NCBI GenBank assembly: GCA_964016885.1
Contig: OZ024750.1
Span: 12,090,001-12,154,000 of the forward strand
Reading direction: 5' to 3'
Origin: Eledone cirrhosa
Taxonomy: Eukaryota
DNA length: 64,000 bases
Both the position numbers and the translations under genes were made by a program. The notes beneath the pieces were generated by a model. That model saw only the letters and a list, made by a program, of their open reading frames with translations, was not told where the DNA came from and ran no database searches. Of the stretch, positions 25,036-40,049 are shown in pieces; position 1 is the stretch's first letter; the number at the start of each line of letters is the position of its first letter.

Positions 25036-26165
25036 GAGAGGAAGAATCGACTCCAATACTTTATTTTATCGACCTAGAAACGATGAAAAGAAAAGTTGAC
25101 TTCGTTGGGATTTGAACTCAAAACGTAGAAAGTTCAAATCTCACCAAACTCAACTTTATCTTTCGTCCTTTCGGGGCCGATAAAATTAAATACTAGTTAA
25201 GTACTGGACTTTGTTTTATAAACTTTTTCTTTCCCCAAATTAGAAATATTTTGATAAATATTTTTCTCCATGGCATCTGATACATTACATAGCTTCAACA
25301 CTTCTCTTTAATATCTAACCTTACTAACACCTGACCTTAATATATTCCATCCCTGCTGTCATTATTAATGTGCGTCAAGAATTATAACTGTGTACTTTGG
25401 AATCACCAGACAGAACTAGACCAAGGTTAACCAACGTTTCTACATTCAACACAACAGAAGATTTTATTTGAACATTGATGAAAAGTATAACAAGCTAAAT
25501 ATCATTAAGGGAAGATCTCATTATTATCTGACTAATCATTAAGACCACCACAATAGCAGGCTGAATAAGTTAAACAAAATATTCTTTCTTAGCCTATACT
25601 TTCCGGCTCTTTAGAAGTAATTTCTAAACATATTTAAGCTAATCATACCAAATGCTTTTATTTCTCTTGAAACATATTCGTGGAACATCAATAGCCTAGT
25701 TCTCTTTTCTGAGATTAAACGTTAGTGATTAACTAAATATATAATTAGACATTGTTATATTTGAGAAGGGTCATGTTGTCCTAATATTATCAAAGACCCT
25801 CACTGTTTGGTCTTTGCTTCTGAATATTTTTATATTTCTATAAATAATTGAGCTGTCAATCAATGTTTATCATTGATTGACAAAGTTAAAATATAAATAT
25901 AAATATGATTTCTCAAAAGTTCTTTCGTCCCACAAATTTGTGACATCTTCAATGATTATCGTGTTTCCTCCTGTTGTGCTCCTATAATGTTTTTATTTTA
26001 TTTTATTCATTTATTATTTTGTTTGGCAATATTAAAACAGGTTTAATAAATATGTGCGTATGTATGTATGTATGTGAGTGTGTGTACACATCTGTGAGGG
26101 TATGTGCATCAGTCAATGACAAATATCGCGTTGAGAGTGTAGAGATATGTGTGTGTGCACATATA

Positions 26166-26220
<55 letters not shown>

Positions 26221-26224
26221 GTAA

Positions 26225-26503
26225 TAATTGTTTCTATTTTAGGCACAAGGCCAGCAATTACTCAGTACATTACTGGTACTTTATTTTATCGACCCCGTAA
26301 GGATGAAAGGCAAAGTTAATCTCGGCGGGATTTGAACTCAGATCATAAAGGGACGTAACTCTATGCATGGCGTCCGACTCTCTACCGATACTGCCAATCC
26401 ACCGATAATAATACTGTCTATATATAGTAATAATTGCTTCTACTTTTGGCACAAGGCCAGCAATTACCCAGTGTATTACTGGTACTTTATTTTATCGACC
26501 CCG
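26225..26503 (-). mobile_element. Family-1 SINE plus a second 3' fragment
   Basis: Reverse complement of the family-1 consensus. Confidence 0.88.
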
Positions 26504-26507
26504 TAGT

Positions 26508-26935
<428 letters not shown>

Positions 26936-27292
26936 TATATATATATAGTAATAATAATAAATGTGAAGACTAAAATCCAAAGAGGGCTCAATAAGGATAA
27001 ATATATATCAAATATATAAGAACTCTCTGTTATTTTAATATATATATATATATATTTAGCGGCGATGAATTAGTTTTGCGAGGTTTTTTATATGAAATCG
27101 TGTGTCGAACAGTGAGTGTGTTCTGTTATTAATTCTGGCAATATTACGCAAATATGACCCTCCCCAAATATAACAATATATATATTTATATATATTCCTA
27201 TGCAAACGAGGGGAATCAGTCCACCTACACAGGCTAAATACTACATATTCTTGCCTGTTTTCAAGTTCCAGCAGAAAGCAGCACGGAAGTAA

Positions 27293-27332
27293 TGTCCCGA
27301 TGAGAGCCATTAGTTCGAAATGCGCAAAGACA
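27293..27332 (+). ncRNA. Decayed minimal hammerhead ribozyme
   Basis: tgtc-CCGATGA-gagc(catta)gttc-GAAA-t(gcgc)a-AA-gaca; two core substitutions relative to CUGAUGA and NUH. Confidence 0.5.
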
Positions 27333-27644
27333 GCTGTTCCTCGCTGCTTCAGTTGGAATCCGCTAGATAGCCTTTCAATAGTTATAGTTTGGCTTTCAAA
27401 ATGTTTATTTATTAAACATGTTGTTTTAATATTACCAATATAAACATATTGTTTTAATATTACAATATAACAATATCTGTTTCAACACATGACTTCATAT
27501 CAAAACCTTGCAAAACAAATACATGACCGCTCTCATTAGATAGTTCTCTCTATAAATACTAATGTTATGTGGGATGAAGCTGCCACAGTTAAACATGTCA
27601 ACTATATCAGAATTTATAGTCACGGTAAAGAAAAAAAAAAAAAC

Positions 27645-27786
27645 TACCGTATTTCCCGGCGCCGAAGACGCATCCTAATTTAGACAACCAGAAATTTTGA
27701 AAAAAATAATAACATCCTTCGGCCTCCAGGACGCATGGTAGATTTTTGAGACAAAGGTAGCGTCTTCGACGCCGGGAAATACGGTA
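27645..27786. mobile_element. pogo/Tigger-type MITE (142 bp)
   Basis: 27-bp TIRs taccgtatttcccggcgccgaagacgc / gcgtcttcgacgccgggaaatacggta (1 mismatch), TA ends. Confidence 0.88.
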
Positions 27787-28639
27787 TATATTTGTTATAT
27801 TTAACAAAACCTCCACAATATAATAATATTCAGTTATAAACTCATCCAACTCAGAACGTAAATGGCCATAACTCTATGCCGTGAAGCATGTTGTCCGACG
27901 CTCTACTGATACTGCAAATCCTCGACTCTCATATTAATCAAACTCATAGTAATAAAAAAATAATATTTAAAAATATAAAACTGTAATTAATTCGCTATTT
28001 TATAATCACACACACACACACACACACACACGCTCTCTCTCTTTGCCCTTCATTTGTTGTTTTACACTCCATTAAGCTCCTTTAATTGAACTGATAGAAA
28101 AAAGCAACCAAAATAGCTGGAAGCAGGATAGATACTTTATGATTGAAATGTAGCTTGCTGTCAAGAGGTTTCAATATAAAAAGCCGACTAGGACATTAAA
28201 TAAATTTTCTTTCTTCTCTTCTCTTCTTTTCTTTTCAAGTACACGTTAGAAGAATGTTATTCATTGTAATCCGGGACCTATCTAACATCATTCACATCTC
28301 TGGCCAGAGATTAATTTACAGTCCGCCCACAAAAGAGTCATTAACTGGAACCATGCGGAGTTTTTCATTTAACAGACAAATAATTATCTTGAGTGTTTTA
28401 AAATATCGTTGGTTGTTATATGTGCAGACATATGTTGAAGTTTTTCCGTCTTCCTTTAAAACATGCTCGATTTACTGCAAGCTACTGAAAATGAAAAAAA
28501 AAGGAAACATAAAAAAAAAAAATTCAACATTATACCATAATTACATATTTGATAAAACACTAACAAATGTTGAGCAGGATTGAGCTCTACTAGGTTTTAA
28601 AATGTTCAAGAAATGTCGTATGTTAATATGGCGATCCAA

Positions 28640-28800
28640 TTCTCCACCATAGGCGCTGAGCTGGCCAACCGCAGGTGTGAGCCTCGCGAGTTGGAATGGC
28701 TCTTCCAGCGCATCTCCCTTACCATCCTCCGGGGAAACGCCTTCTCCATCCTGTCCGCCGGGGCTGTGGGGAGGCCAGCACGTGGGACCCCATTTCATCA
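28640..28800 (+). mobile_element. CRE-like LINE 3' fragment
   Basis: STIGAELANRRCEPRELEWLFQRISLTILRGNAFSILSAG; homologous to 24028-24170. Confidence 0.7.
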
Positions 28801-29201
28801 CCATACGGATTAATAGGCAAAGTTATAAACTATTGTTTCTACCGGTTGGAAGTCGGTGTTACAGTTCTGTGGTTTTCAGTTTTCACGAGATGTATTAGTG
28901 ATGTTAGGGGACTATGGATGGATGGATATCTTGCGAAACGTGACATCGGACAGAACCGATCAAACCACCAACGCATCGGACACTATATATTCGTGGCGAC
29001 GCGTTGTGTCCCCCGCCAATAATTATATTTTCTCCCCAAACTACCAAAGCCCACATCTGTTTGGATAAGCGCTACAATTTATGTACATGATATGTTTATC
29101 GCATATAGAAGGTTTCTGAGCATTTTAGAGTGCAATCACTACTACTAAATTGTACAAATGTGCACCCCCCCCACCATTCAGAAATGCTTCCACCGCATCT
29201 G

Positions 29202-29285
<84 letters not shown>

Positions 29286-29553
29286 ATATATACAGTATAT
29301 TGTTATATTTGAGAAGGATCATATTGTTATAATATTGCCAGAAATAATAATTGTTTCTACTTTAGGCACAAGGCCAGCAATTACCCAGTGCATTACTGGT
29401 ACTTTATTTTATCGACCCCCGTAAGGATGAAAGGCAAAGTCAACCTCGGCGGGATTTGAACTCAGATCGTAAAGGGATTGCCAGAAATAATAATAAAACA
29501 CACTCACTGCTTGGTTTCGATTGATTTTCATATCAAAAACCTTGCAAAGCAAA

Positions 29554-29648
<95 letters not shown>

Positions 29649-29822
29649 TAACAGAGAAAGCTTTAAGCGATACTCTGACCAACTCCATCTCACTCAACAA
29701 ACATTAGGATATACCTGAATATAATCCCAATTTAGTGTTTGGGGTGCTAACTATACAGTATTCCGTGGATAGTTGGTTGTATTATTTTATATGAGACATA
29801 ATTAAATAAATATTTCTTTCTT

Positions 29823-29945
29823 TCCATACGATCGTTTCGTTATAAGATTTCTACCAGTTGGGATAAATAATGTCCAAGTTATGTAGAAACTTGTATATAA
29901 TCCATAGACATACACACAAGTGGGCCCTTATAACTCATCAGTGGA
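29823..29945 (-). ncRNA. Type I hammerhead ribozyme, intact core, 80-nt loop II
   Basis: Minus strand: tcca-CTGATGA-gttataag[80 nt]cttataac-GAAA-c(gatc)g-TA-tgga; predicted GUA cleavage between 29827 and 29826. Confidence 0.75.
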
Positions 29946-30870
29946 TGCCCATGCAATATCGATATAAAAAATTACATCGATATTAATAATTAGTGATGGT
30001 CTCCGTCAGTGCTAGAAGGACAGCTAAGTTTGAAAAGCTAGTAGTTCTTCAAAAAGAAAATTCACACTGTCCCCAAAATCAAGATAGAACCAATTTAAAA
30101 CTAGTTAGACCATTACTCAAAGAGTACTCGATACTTGGTGTCGTAGAGTATGGCTATATCATAAAGAGTCAACACCCGATTAACAGAGTCTCAGACAAAT
30201 GTATTCCTTACAGTTATATAACAAACTTTCTTGACATCATAATATAAAGACTTTTAGCACACTCCACAAAAACACACAATATACATAAGTAAGCACAAAC
30301 ATTAACATACATAATTCTACTTCACTTAAACACAAGGACATTTATAAGCTATCACAAAAAAGACAGATTACGCTTCTAATCAAGTTTCTACATGAAAGTC
30401 GTCTGCTCTGGTTATAACGTCGTCATTTACTAACGATAGCTCAGGGATGAGAGTTGCCATGGTTTGTTGGTTTATTTACGCTGCAGTATGTCTACATGAT
30501 ATAAGTTAACTACGTCAAAGTTAACTTCGGCGGGATTTGAACTCAATTCATAAAGGGCTGTAACTCTATGCTGCAAAGCATGACATCCAACCCTCTACTG
30601 ATACTGCCAATCAACCGTCTAATAAAAATAAAACATAACTACATATATATCGGAAGGAAATAGAGATTAGATCAGCCCATTGGTATATTAATCTGTCGAT
30701 AACTTATTTCTCTAAGATATTTCTAATTACAATATTGTCAAGCACCGTTTCCTTACCACTAACGGTTCTTAAATATTATCACAAGATGATAATTCAGAAT
30801 TGATAAACAGGATTTCTATATCTCCCACGTCGTTTCTTTTTTCAGTCATAGTTAGGCCAATCTATAATAC

Positions 30871-30956
<86 letters not shown>

Positions 30957-30971
30957 GTATGTGTGTGTATG

Positions 30972-31003
<32 letters not shown>

Positions 31004-31029
31004 TGTATGTATGTATGTATGTATGTATG

Positions 31030-31300
31030 ATCACCAGTTGGTGCTACTGGTAAACTGTATCCCAGTACAACCTGTCTCATGGTCGGGTCGTTGGCGACTA
31101 AACTGGCAACCCCACCAAGGTTTCTTGGTGAGGAGGGTGACTTTGGACATCCTGCAGGACTAAAAACAAAACCTGTCAAAGGGCAAAGGAGCTCTTAAGA
31201 GTCAATGGCCATCCAAAATCACCGGGAGAGATGACCCCTTAGCCTTTGTCAAGGCAGAATTCTAGGAGAAGGAAAACTCTGATATAACACCTGCAACTCT
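31030..31300 (+). mobile_element. Probable LINE (RTE-type) 5' UTR fragment
   Basis: tctaggagaaggaaaactctga motif recalled from RTE 5' UTRs; related sequence at 18855-18895. Confidence 0.4.
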
Positions 31301-33019
31301 GATGGTATCCAATGATGTTGACATGTTCTTCTTTTTAGTAAATATCATCTTGGTTAAGAGAGTGGGACTGGCTTTGTGCAGTGCCTTTGCTCACTATAAA
31401 AGCTTCACCGTACAGGCATTGCTTTATATCTGGAGATCTCTCTGCACTTGTCGTCACATGGTACCATGGGCCCAGCACTATGTGACAATAATTGTCACAA
31501 GTGTAGTGTTTGTACCAGAGTTTTCAAGTCGCTGGCTGGATTAAAAAGTCACACTCGTTCAGCGCATCGGTAGGGGTTCTCCTACATGGATCTAAAGTAG
31601 TGGCCGTACTCGAAAACGAGTTGGCAGCCACCATGTATGTATGATGTTGATATTTTCTTCTTTTCGGGTTATAGCTACTGTCGCTCAGAGAGTGGGATTG
31701 GCTCAGTGCACAGTCTTTCCTCATTTAAAAAAATATCTTCATGCACAGGCATTGCACGATAGAATGAATTAATAATTATTAATAATGGTATATCGTGCAA
31801 TGGCCATACTCGATAACGAGGGGGCAGCCATCATGTATGTATGTATGTATGTATGTATGTATGTATGTATGTATGTATGTATGTATGTATGTATGTATGT
31901 ATGTATATATATATATAGTATATACATACACTCATATATTCCTGCTATTTCAAGCGTTAAACTAATATATTTCTTCATTGCACTGTGTCGTTTGCTTTGA
32001 TATTTCTATTTATATATATATATGTATACACACATACATAGATACATGTATGTATATCCAGCCGCAGGTGTGAGCCCCGCGAGTTGGAGTGGCTTTTCCA
32101 GCGCGTCTCCCTTGCCGTCCTCCATTCTGTCCGCCGGGGCTCTGGGTAGGCCCCATCGGGCACCGTTGTAGTTGTTGTAGAAGAAACAGGAAGACAACAA
32201 CTGGAAAGTTTGATTTTCTACTTTATCATTTATGCCTGGACAATGGCTTTGGGAATATAAGCTTATCTCTAGATATTATGGTTTCACAGTGGAAATTAAA
32301 ACTATATATATAATCAAACATGGCGTGTGAAGCCTGAACATTCGAACTTACGAAGCGCCGAGGAAATGATGGCAATAATAGATCCGTGAGTAAATAAACC
32401 AGGCTAATATCAAGTAATAAACTCTCCAAACCTAGCGTATTAGGGTTAGTAGTTAGGATTAGGGGTTAAGGTTAGGGTTATGCAGCATGGCTTTTATTAT
32501 TTTTTTTATTTTTATTTTATTTTTTTTTTTTATCAGAAGAACGTAGCCGAAATAATTTTCTCTGTCGGACAGAAGTACTTTGAGAGATTTTGGCTAGAAA
32601 AAATGTATTGTTTTTGCACCATTTTGATGAAGTTGTAATTTAGAACTAATATGAAAAATAATTCCGGTAAATAAATACCACCAGGTTGCTTAGTGCATTG
32701 TTTCCAACATTGATTGGAAAAAATCCAAATATCTGAAATGTTCATATAGGCAGACCTGATGTCGTCGTAAAGATATTAGTCGCGACTTCTGACGAGCCAA
32801 ACAGTACTATTCTGATATATTTATATAAATTAATGCTTTCATGCAAGATTACAAAGCAGGTATGTGTGTTTACCTGCCTCATATTGCACGCATTATCTAT
32901 ATATTTATCTATATGTTTGTGTATCTATCTATGGTTTTATCTGAATGGTTGTGTTCTGTGTTTGTGTTTGTGTTCTGTGTTTTTCTGTATGTGTCTATCA
33001 ATGAGAACGTGTGTACGTA

Positions 33020-33062
<43 letters not shown>

Positions 33063-33205
33063 CTATATATATATATATAGATATGTGTATATATATATAT
33101 ATAGAGAGAGAGATATGTATACATATACATATATATAGAGAGATAGATAAATATGTATGTATATATATATATATGTATATATATATAGATAGATATGTAT
33201 ATGTT

Positions 33206-33265
<60 letters not shown>

Positions 33266-33279
33266 TGAGAGATAGATAG

Positions 33280-33331
<52 letters not shown>

Positions 33332-33892
33332 GTGTGTTTACTGTAGTTAGAGGTAGCGAAATAGAGAAACATATTGGAGGAAATGTCGACGAAGTTTTAG
33401 CGTCTGAACTGTAATTGTAATAATATAATAATAATATAATAATAATATAATAATATAATAATAATATAATATAATAATATAATAATAATATAATATAAAA
33501 GAACAAAAAAAAAAGAAAAGAAAAACAAAACAAAAAAAACAACATCGAAGAAAAGAATAAAAGAATAAATGAAAAAACAACAAAGCAACAACAAAACCTA
33601 CCATCATTTAAATGAACGAAGAAATAAATAAATGAATAGAATAAAGAAATTATTTGTGCAAAAAGGATTGCGGCAGGAAAGACTAGGAATGGATGGGGAA
33701 AGATAGTTGGGGCCAGTGTTTCTGGAAACTTTCCTTGCTGTCTCATCAAAGCTATTTAACTCTCATTTCACTGACTACAATTAATACAGCTCAAGTTATA
33801 ATCAAATTTTAATCAAAAGACTAATATTTATGTTACTATACATATAAACTGTCACACATATGCACATACACACTGACACACACACACACACA

Positions 33893-33986
<94 letters not shown>

Positions 33987-34260
33987 ACTAAACACACATC
34001 ACTCACCAGTACATATATATATATATATATATAACTAAACACACTCACAGATACACACTGTCACACGCACACACACACTGTCACACACAGTCACACATAC
34101 ACACACACAGTCACACGTACACACACCCACACACATATATATACACACATATATATATATAACTAAAAACATACACACACACACACGGTATAATAAAAAA
34201 AATTACATTCACAAACATTCAAGTGGTCAGAAAAACGAGCACACTGATGTAACCATCAAT

Positions 34261-34336
<76 letters not shown>

Positions 34337-34349
34337 TTACCTGTCTGTC

Positions 34350-35015
34350 ACGGGCGCCCGGGCAGGGATCCCTCAAAAAAGATTTGCCCTAGATGCGTGC
34401 GTCACGAAGAAACCGTAGCGCACGCATTGGTGCAATGTCCGGGCGTGGCTGATCTGTGGGGCTACGCCGAACAACTGCTGTCGCGGGTGGCGCCGATTAA
34501 ATTGACCGCCGAGTCCGTGATGACAATCAAACCGCCTCCCCTCTTCACAAAGGAAGCAAAGGCGGTTTTTCTGTGCGTAATAGCCATGTTGAAAGAGGTT
34601 GTTTGGTGGACACGATTGAAAGGTCTGAGGTCAGGCAACTTCCTCTCTGGCCATAGTCTGGTCTACTTCTTCCGATATCACTTCGGAAGAAGGATAAGAA
34701 TGGAGAGAGAGGTGCTTGGCCACAGGCAGTTTTATGAAAGGTGGGTGATAGTGGCGAGAATGGCTCGTGTAAATGGGCCTTCTCTGTATACCATCCTGTA
34801 GGTAAAGAAGTAAAGGAGAGGGGAGCACCTTCTCCATGTGCTCCCCGGGCAAAGGATTGCACACTTTTTCGGGGGTGTGTGCAACCCCCATCACGTCCCC
34901 TCCCTTTTGAGGTTATTTTCGATTATTTTCATGTTACACCCTTTTTACTCGATTATATGTAAACTCCCCCTTTGTATTTGTCCCTTCTTTTTATGCCTTT
35001 ATGGTAAATAAAGAA
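34350..35015 (+). mobile_element. 5'-truncated Tx1/L1-clade LINE with 23-bp target-site duplication in a (TATC)n tract
   Basis: CPRC..EETVAHALVQCP..LW zinc knuckle and FLCVIAMLKEVVWWTR; TSD atctatctatttacctgtctgtc at 34327-34349 and 35016-35038. Confidence 0.85.
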
Positions 35016-35189
35016 ATCTATCTATTTACCTGTCTGTCTGTCTATCTGTTAATCTATCTATCTTTTCTGACCCTCATTACACACACATCCACACACATAT
35101 ATGAAATTCCTTTTAGAAACGTTGAGCGAGTTACGAATGAAGTTAAGTTCGAGTTAATGGCTACCATGCATGTTATAACTACAACATAT

Positions 35190-35410
35190 AGTCGGAGGAA
35201 CTATAGTTTAGCTGTTTGTATTCGCGATCGAATCCCTTCGGTCATTAAGCAAGATTCATGTAAGGGTAGCACGAACATAGAATTGAAGATAGCGAGTTTA
35301 GTTTTTACACCTATCTCCCTTCTTCTGAAGATGACCAAATGCTGAAGCTGGTACATTATTGGACTAACTCCAGTAATTCTTGCATTTAATTCAACCTTAT
35401 GCTTTCTATA
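35190..35410 (-). mobile_element. RTE-clade (Rex3/Expander-like) LINE ORF fragment
   Basis: ELNARITGVSPIMYQLQHLVIFRRREIGVKTKLAIFNSMFVLPLHESCLMTEGIRSRIQTAKL resembles E..RRI.AAS..M..L...V..K.E.S.K.KL.IY.S..VP.L.YG.E.W.MT...RSRIQAAEM. Confidence 0.75.
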
Positions 35411-35705
35411 ACTTGTTTGGGCTTTATGTAGAGGGACCAGTTCGAAAAATATGTTGCAGTCTCCATCTAACACTGAAGAAACTGGGGATGGGCTTGAGCC
35501 CTGTCCTTGGAGATGTGAAGTGTACGCAAAAGAAGTTGAGTAACCCTAGACCTTACAGAGTGTCCAGAAAGAAGGAACAAACGTTAAAATCATCTTAAAT
35601 ATAAATTATGAGATGAAAAGAAAAGTCAAACCTAGTGGGATTTGAACTATCATTTGTGTGCAAATCAGTTTTAATATTAGACAAATATCTCCACAAGAAC
35701 TTGTC

Positions 35706-35900
35706 TATGTATGTACGTATGTACGTATGTACATATGTATGTATGTACGTATATATGTACGTATGTACGTATGTATGTACGCACGTATATACGTACTTAC
35801 GTACGTATGTACATATGTATGTATGTACGTATATATGTACGTATGTATGTACGCACGTATATACGTACTTACGTACGTATGTATATATGTATGCATGCAT
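35706..35900. repeat. (GTAT/GTAC)n compound microsatellite
   Basis: Direct inspection. Confidence 0.9.
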
Positions 35901-36160
35901 GTACACCCACACACACACACCCACGCACATATATATGTATATACAAACATCAACACACTCCATAGAAATGACGTTCAGAATTATCAAGTGCAAAGTTAAC
36001 AATAAATTCCCTAACCACTTGCAATGAGTGGCAGATAGATTATCCATAATCTATGGGATATGACAGCCATAAATCTTCCATTGCCAAGTATTAATAATCA
36101 TTCTGGAACTACGTGCAATAAGCTTATTAACCATATAAACTTCCATGGCGACATAAAAAG

Positions 36161-36340
36161 TATCATCAACATTTGTATCATCTGGAGTCATATCATCAAC
36201 ATTTGTATCATCTGGAGTCATATCATCAACATTTGTATCATCTGGAGTCATATCATCAACATTTGTATCATCTGGAGTCATATCATCAACATTTGTATCA
36301 TCTGGAGTCATATCATCAACGTTGGTATGATCTGGAGTTA
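36161..36340. repeat. 30-bp minisatellite, about 6 copies
   Basis: Unit tatcatcaacatttgtatcatctggagtca. Confidence 0.95.
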
Positions 36341-36560
36341 TTTTGGTTAGAGATGAAAATATAAATATCTTTTTACATTTTACATATGAAAAAAGATTGT
36401 AGCATAACTGAGATGCAGTCACTGGTGAATTTATTGTGCTTAAGTGTGCTTAAGCTCAGGCCCCCGTTAGCCAGGGCTACCCATCTTCCTGCCAAAAAGA
36501 AATCCAAGGTTTTCGTTAATTTTAATATGTTACCTCCGTAACTATGTGTGTTTACACACA

Positions 36561-36605
<45 letters not shown>

Positions 36606-36694
36606 CAGGAAAAGGTATGACGCCCTCTACTACCCTAAGTATTGAGTACTCTGGTGCGTTATGGTCCATCTGGTTCCTTACCACAATTCCTTCG

Positions 36695-37040
<346 letters not shown>

Positions 37041-37161
37041 GTTCAAGCAAAGAATCGCCGCCTTCACCCTTAACGGGATCTTCAATGGTTTTTATATATT
37101 TGATATATACATTATCCTTATCGAGCCCTCTTCAGATTTTAGTCTTCACGTTTATTATTAT

Positions 37162-37227
<66 letters not shown>

Positions 37228-37229
<2 letters not shown>

Positions 37230-37410
37230 CAAAGAAGGTGTGGTGAGATACCAGGTGGACCATAAACCACCAAAGTACTCGATACTTAGGGTAGCAGAGT
37301 GGGTAATAGGAAAAAAGTCAGATCCCCAACGGCTGAGCTCCGGCCGTTTCGACAGCTAGATCTAGCTGTCAAAACGGCCGGAGCTCAGCCGTCGGGGTCC
37401 TGACTTTTTT

Positions 37411-37415
<5 letters not shown>
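37228..37415 (-). mobile_element. (TA)n-embedded short element ending in a 110-bp near-perfect palindrome (37306-37415)
   Basis: Centre gacagctaga|tctagctgtc, 4 mismatches between arms; same family as 36605-36697, 45642-45740, 56231-56425. Confidence 0.75.
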
Positions 37416-37449
<34 letters not shown>

Positions 37450-38159
37450 TCTTTTGTTAGTTTACTAATTCCATTTCTTATTTAATGTTTCCCATAAAAT
37501 ATCCCAGTTGTATTTGATCTCCTATCCCTAGCAATACCCATCCCATCTCTCTGGAATATAAAACATTCATTTGTCCAATTCAACCAATTGTGATTAGATA
37601 TTGTGACAAGACATAGTTCAATAACAGAGAAGTGTTTAATTAATTTTCAATATTTAACTCAGATATTTCCATGTATGATGGAGGAAGAGGTAGGAGGAAA
37701 ATCTATTCAATTCACCCTTGAATCAGTACCTGATGCTGTAAACTGCAATTTTTTTTCCAAACGGTCCAGTGACTCGGCTAGAAATCCTTATGACAACAAC
37801 TTCATTTAATGAAGTGTAACGTTTAATGTAATGAAATCTATAAGTAGTTGAAGACATGTAAGGACAGGTTTTCTACACTAGATAGCAAAACATGTTTGTT
37901 TTAAACATAGCTTGCATATATACGTCTATCGAATGCTATTTAATCAATATGTATAAACGAAAAGGTTTTACAGCATATATCAAACCATATGATGAAAATA
38001 AGAGTTATTCTCAGTCAAATGACATTTTTTAGTTGTCTTATTCTTTAAGGGATTTAATATTGAAGTATTTGCTTTAAAATGTCGTATAAGATTGTTCTTT
38101 TTATAGAGGGCCAAATATTTGAATAAATATTTCCACTGTTTTGTTTTTATTATTGGTAG

Positions 38160-38690
38160 TTCATGAGTTCAAATCCCGTCGTGGATTTGTCCTTCATCCT
38201 TAAGAAGTCAGTAAAATAAAGTACGAGAAATGCACTGGGGTTGATTTATTCGACTTTTCTACCCCCCAAAAATTGTTGGCCTTGTGCCTAAATCAGAAAC
38301 AATTATGTTCGCCTTGTGACTAGATCAGAAACCATTACTGGTAGTTCAACAAGGTCCGTGGAATGGCAGTAATCGGTAGAGCGTCGGACAACATGCTTTG
38401 TGGCATAGAGATACGGTCTTTTACGTTCTGAGTTCAAATCCTCCCAAGGTTAGCGTTACTTTTCACCCTTACGTAGTCAATGAAATAAAGCACCAGTAAT
38501 GTACTGGAGCGGTTTAATCAAGATTACCCACCTCCCAAAATTGTTTGCCTTCTGCCTACATCAGAAATCGTTCATTAATCCCGCCGAGGTTGACTTTGCC
38601 TTTCATCCTTACGGGGTCGATAAAATAATGTACCAGTAATGCACTGAGTGATTGCTGGCCTTGTGCCTAAAGTAGAAACAATTATTTATT
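38160..38690 (+). mobile_element. Three family-1 SINE copies/fragments
   Basis: B boxes gagttcaaatcc and core ctttcatccttacggggtcgataaaa. Confidence 0.85.
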
Positions 38691-40049
38691 CGATGTATTT
38701 CTTTAAGTCTCTAAATCCTCTTACCAAAACATGTTAATACACGTGTACATTTATTCAATGAAATATTTACAATTACTTTTCTTTCTAGTCACAATAACCT
38801 GTCTATGCTCTAATATATTTGTATAATGACAAATCAATGCGTTGACAAAACAAATTTGTTTGTTCTGGTTAAGATGAAAAATTGTTTAAGAAGTGGTTTA
38901 AATAATTGAGAGATAGTCATTTGTCTATCTCAATAAATATATTACGATGTTGACTAAACCTAGTTTGAAGAAAATATAATAAGATTATATAAAAGCATTT
39001 GAAAGGAAGTTTTGCTGATGAAACTAATCATAGCTTTATTTTATTACTGAGACTTATATAATATATAAATATGTTCTTCGGATTGAACTAAAATACAATA
39101 TCGTATGGTATGGTGTGGACCTGCAACTGTTGAGGGTCTCCTACTGAGGAAGCCGTAGTTGCGCCATATTGTCATACGGCGTTTTTTAGGGTATTTTTAA
39201 GCCTGGTAGAGCCCATCCTTTCCCCAGGTCTGAATATAGCAGATTTCTTCCAGCTATGATAATAGGTTCAAATGTGGACCTCCAGTGAAGGTATTAGAGC
39301 TGTAAGTTCCACATTAGCTCATCATAGTTGTTTTCTTTTTCTTCAACCTTAGACGATATATTTACATCTGGGCAACTGACCTCTACAGTAGTGCATCACT
39401 TTTGTACCCTGTCTCATAGAACAAAATTAAGTATGGACAGACCAAAGGAGAAAGACAAAATAAAAACCTAGTCACTGAGGAGGTTACAGAATGTGTCACG
39501 AAAGAGCTTTGAAAATATATAAACAACCATCCGGTTATCGAACCAATCAACCAACCAGAAATTTATAATAAATTGAAGAGAAAACCAACAGGTGCGTGTG
39601 TTTTTATTGGCAGCATGACTCTCCCAAAGTATAACAATATCTGTTTCAACACACATTTTCAGATATGAAATCTCGCAAAACAAATTCAAAAAGTATATAT
39701 ATATATATATAATGTGTATGTGTGTAAATGCTGAGGGAACTGGGTGGGTGGCTTATTCATCAGCATGTACATGAAGGATCAGAGAAAATCCGTTGTTAAT
39801 GTTTAGTTTAGGTCTGACTTAAACCCTTTCTATTGTGTCAGTTTACCTTATAGTCAGGAAACAGCAACAGTAACATCGTTAGCAACAGTAACATCGTTAG
39901 CAACAGCAGTATTACTAAATTAGGAAAGATTTAATGACACATTTCAGCTGCGGCGAAAGTCATTTCATGATAAAACTAAAACAGAATACTCATGCATCCT
40001 TGCGAAGTTCTCTCGCCAAACTAATCCTGTTCTTCTTTAATGATAACAG

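Noticed and set aside
31030-31200. HDV-like ribozyme in the putative RTE 5' UTR
   Set aside because: Could not identify the nested double-pseudoknot elements by eye
36051-36422. 123-aa ORF with (DDMTPDDTNV)n repeats
   Set aside because: Product of a 30-bp minisatellite; no splice or domain support
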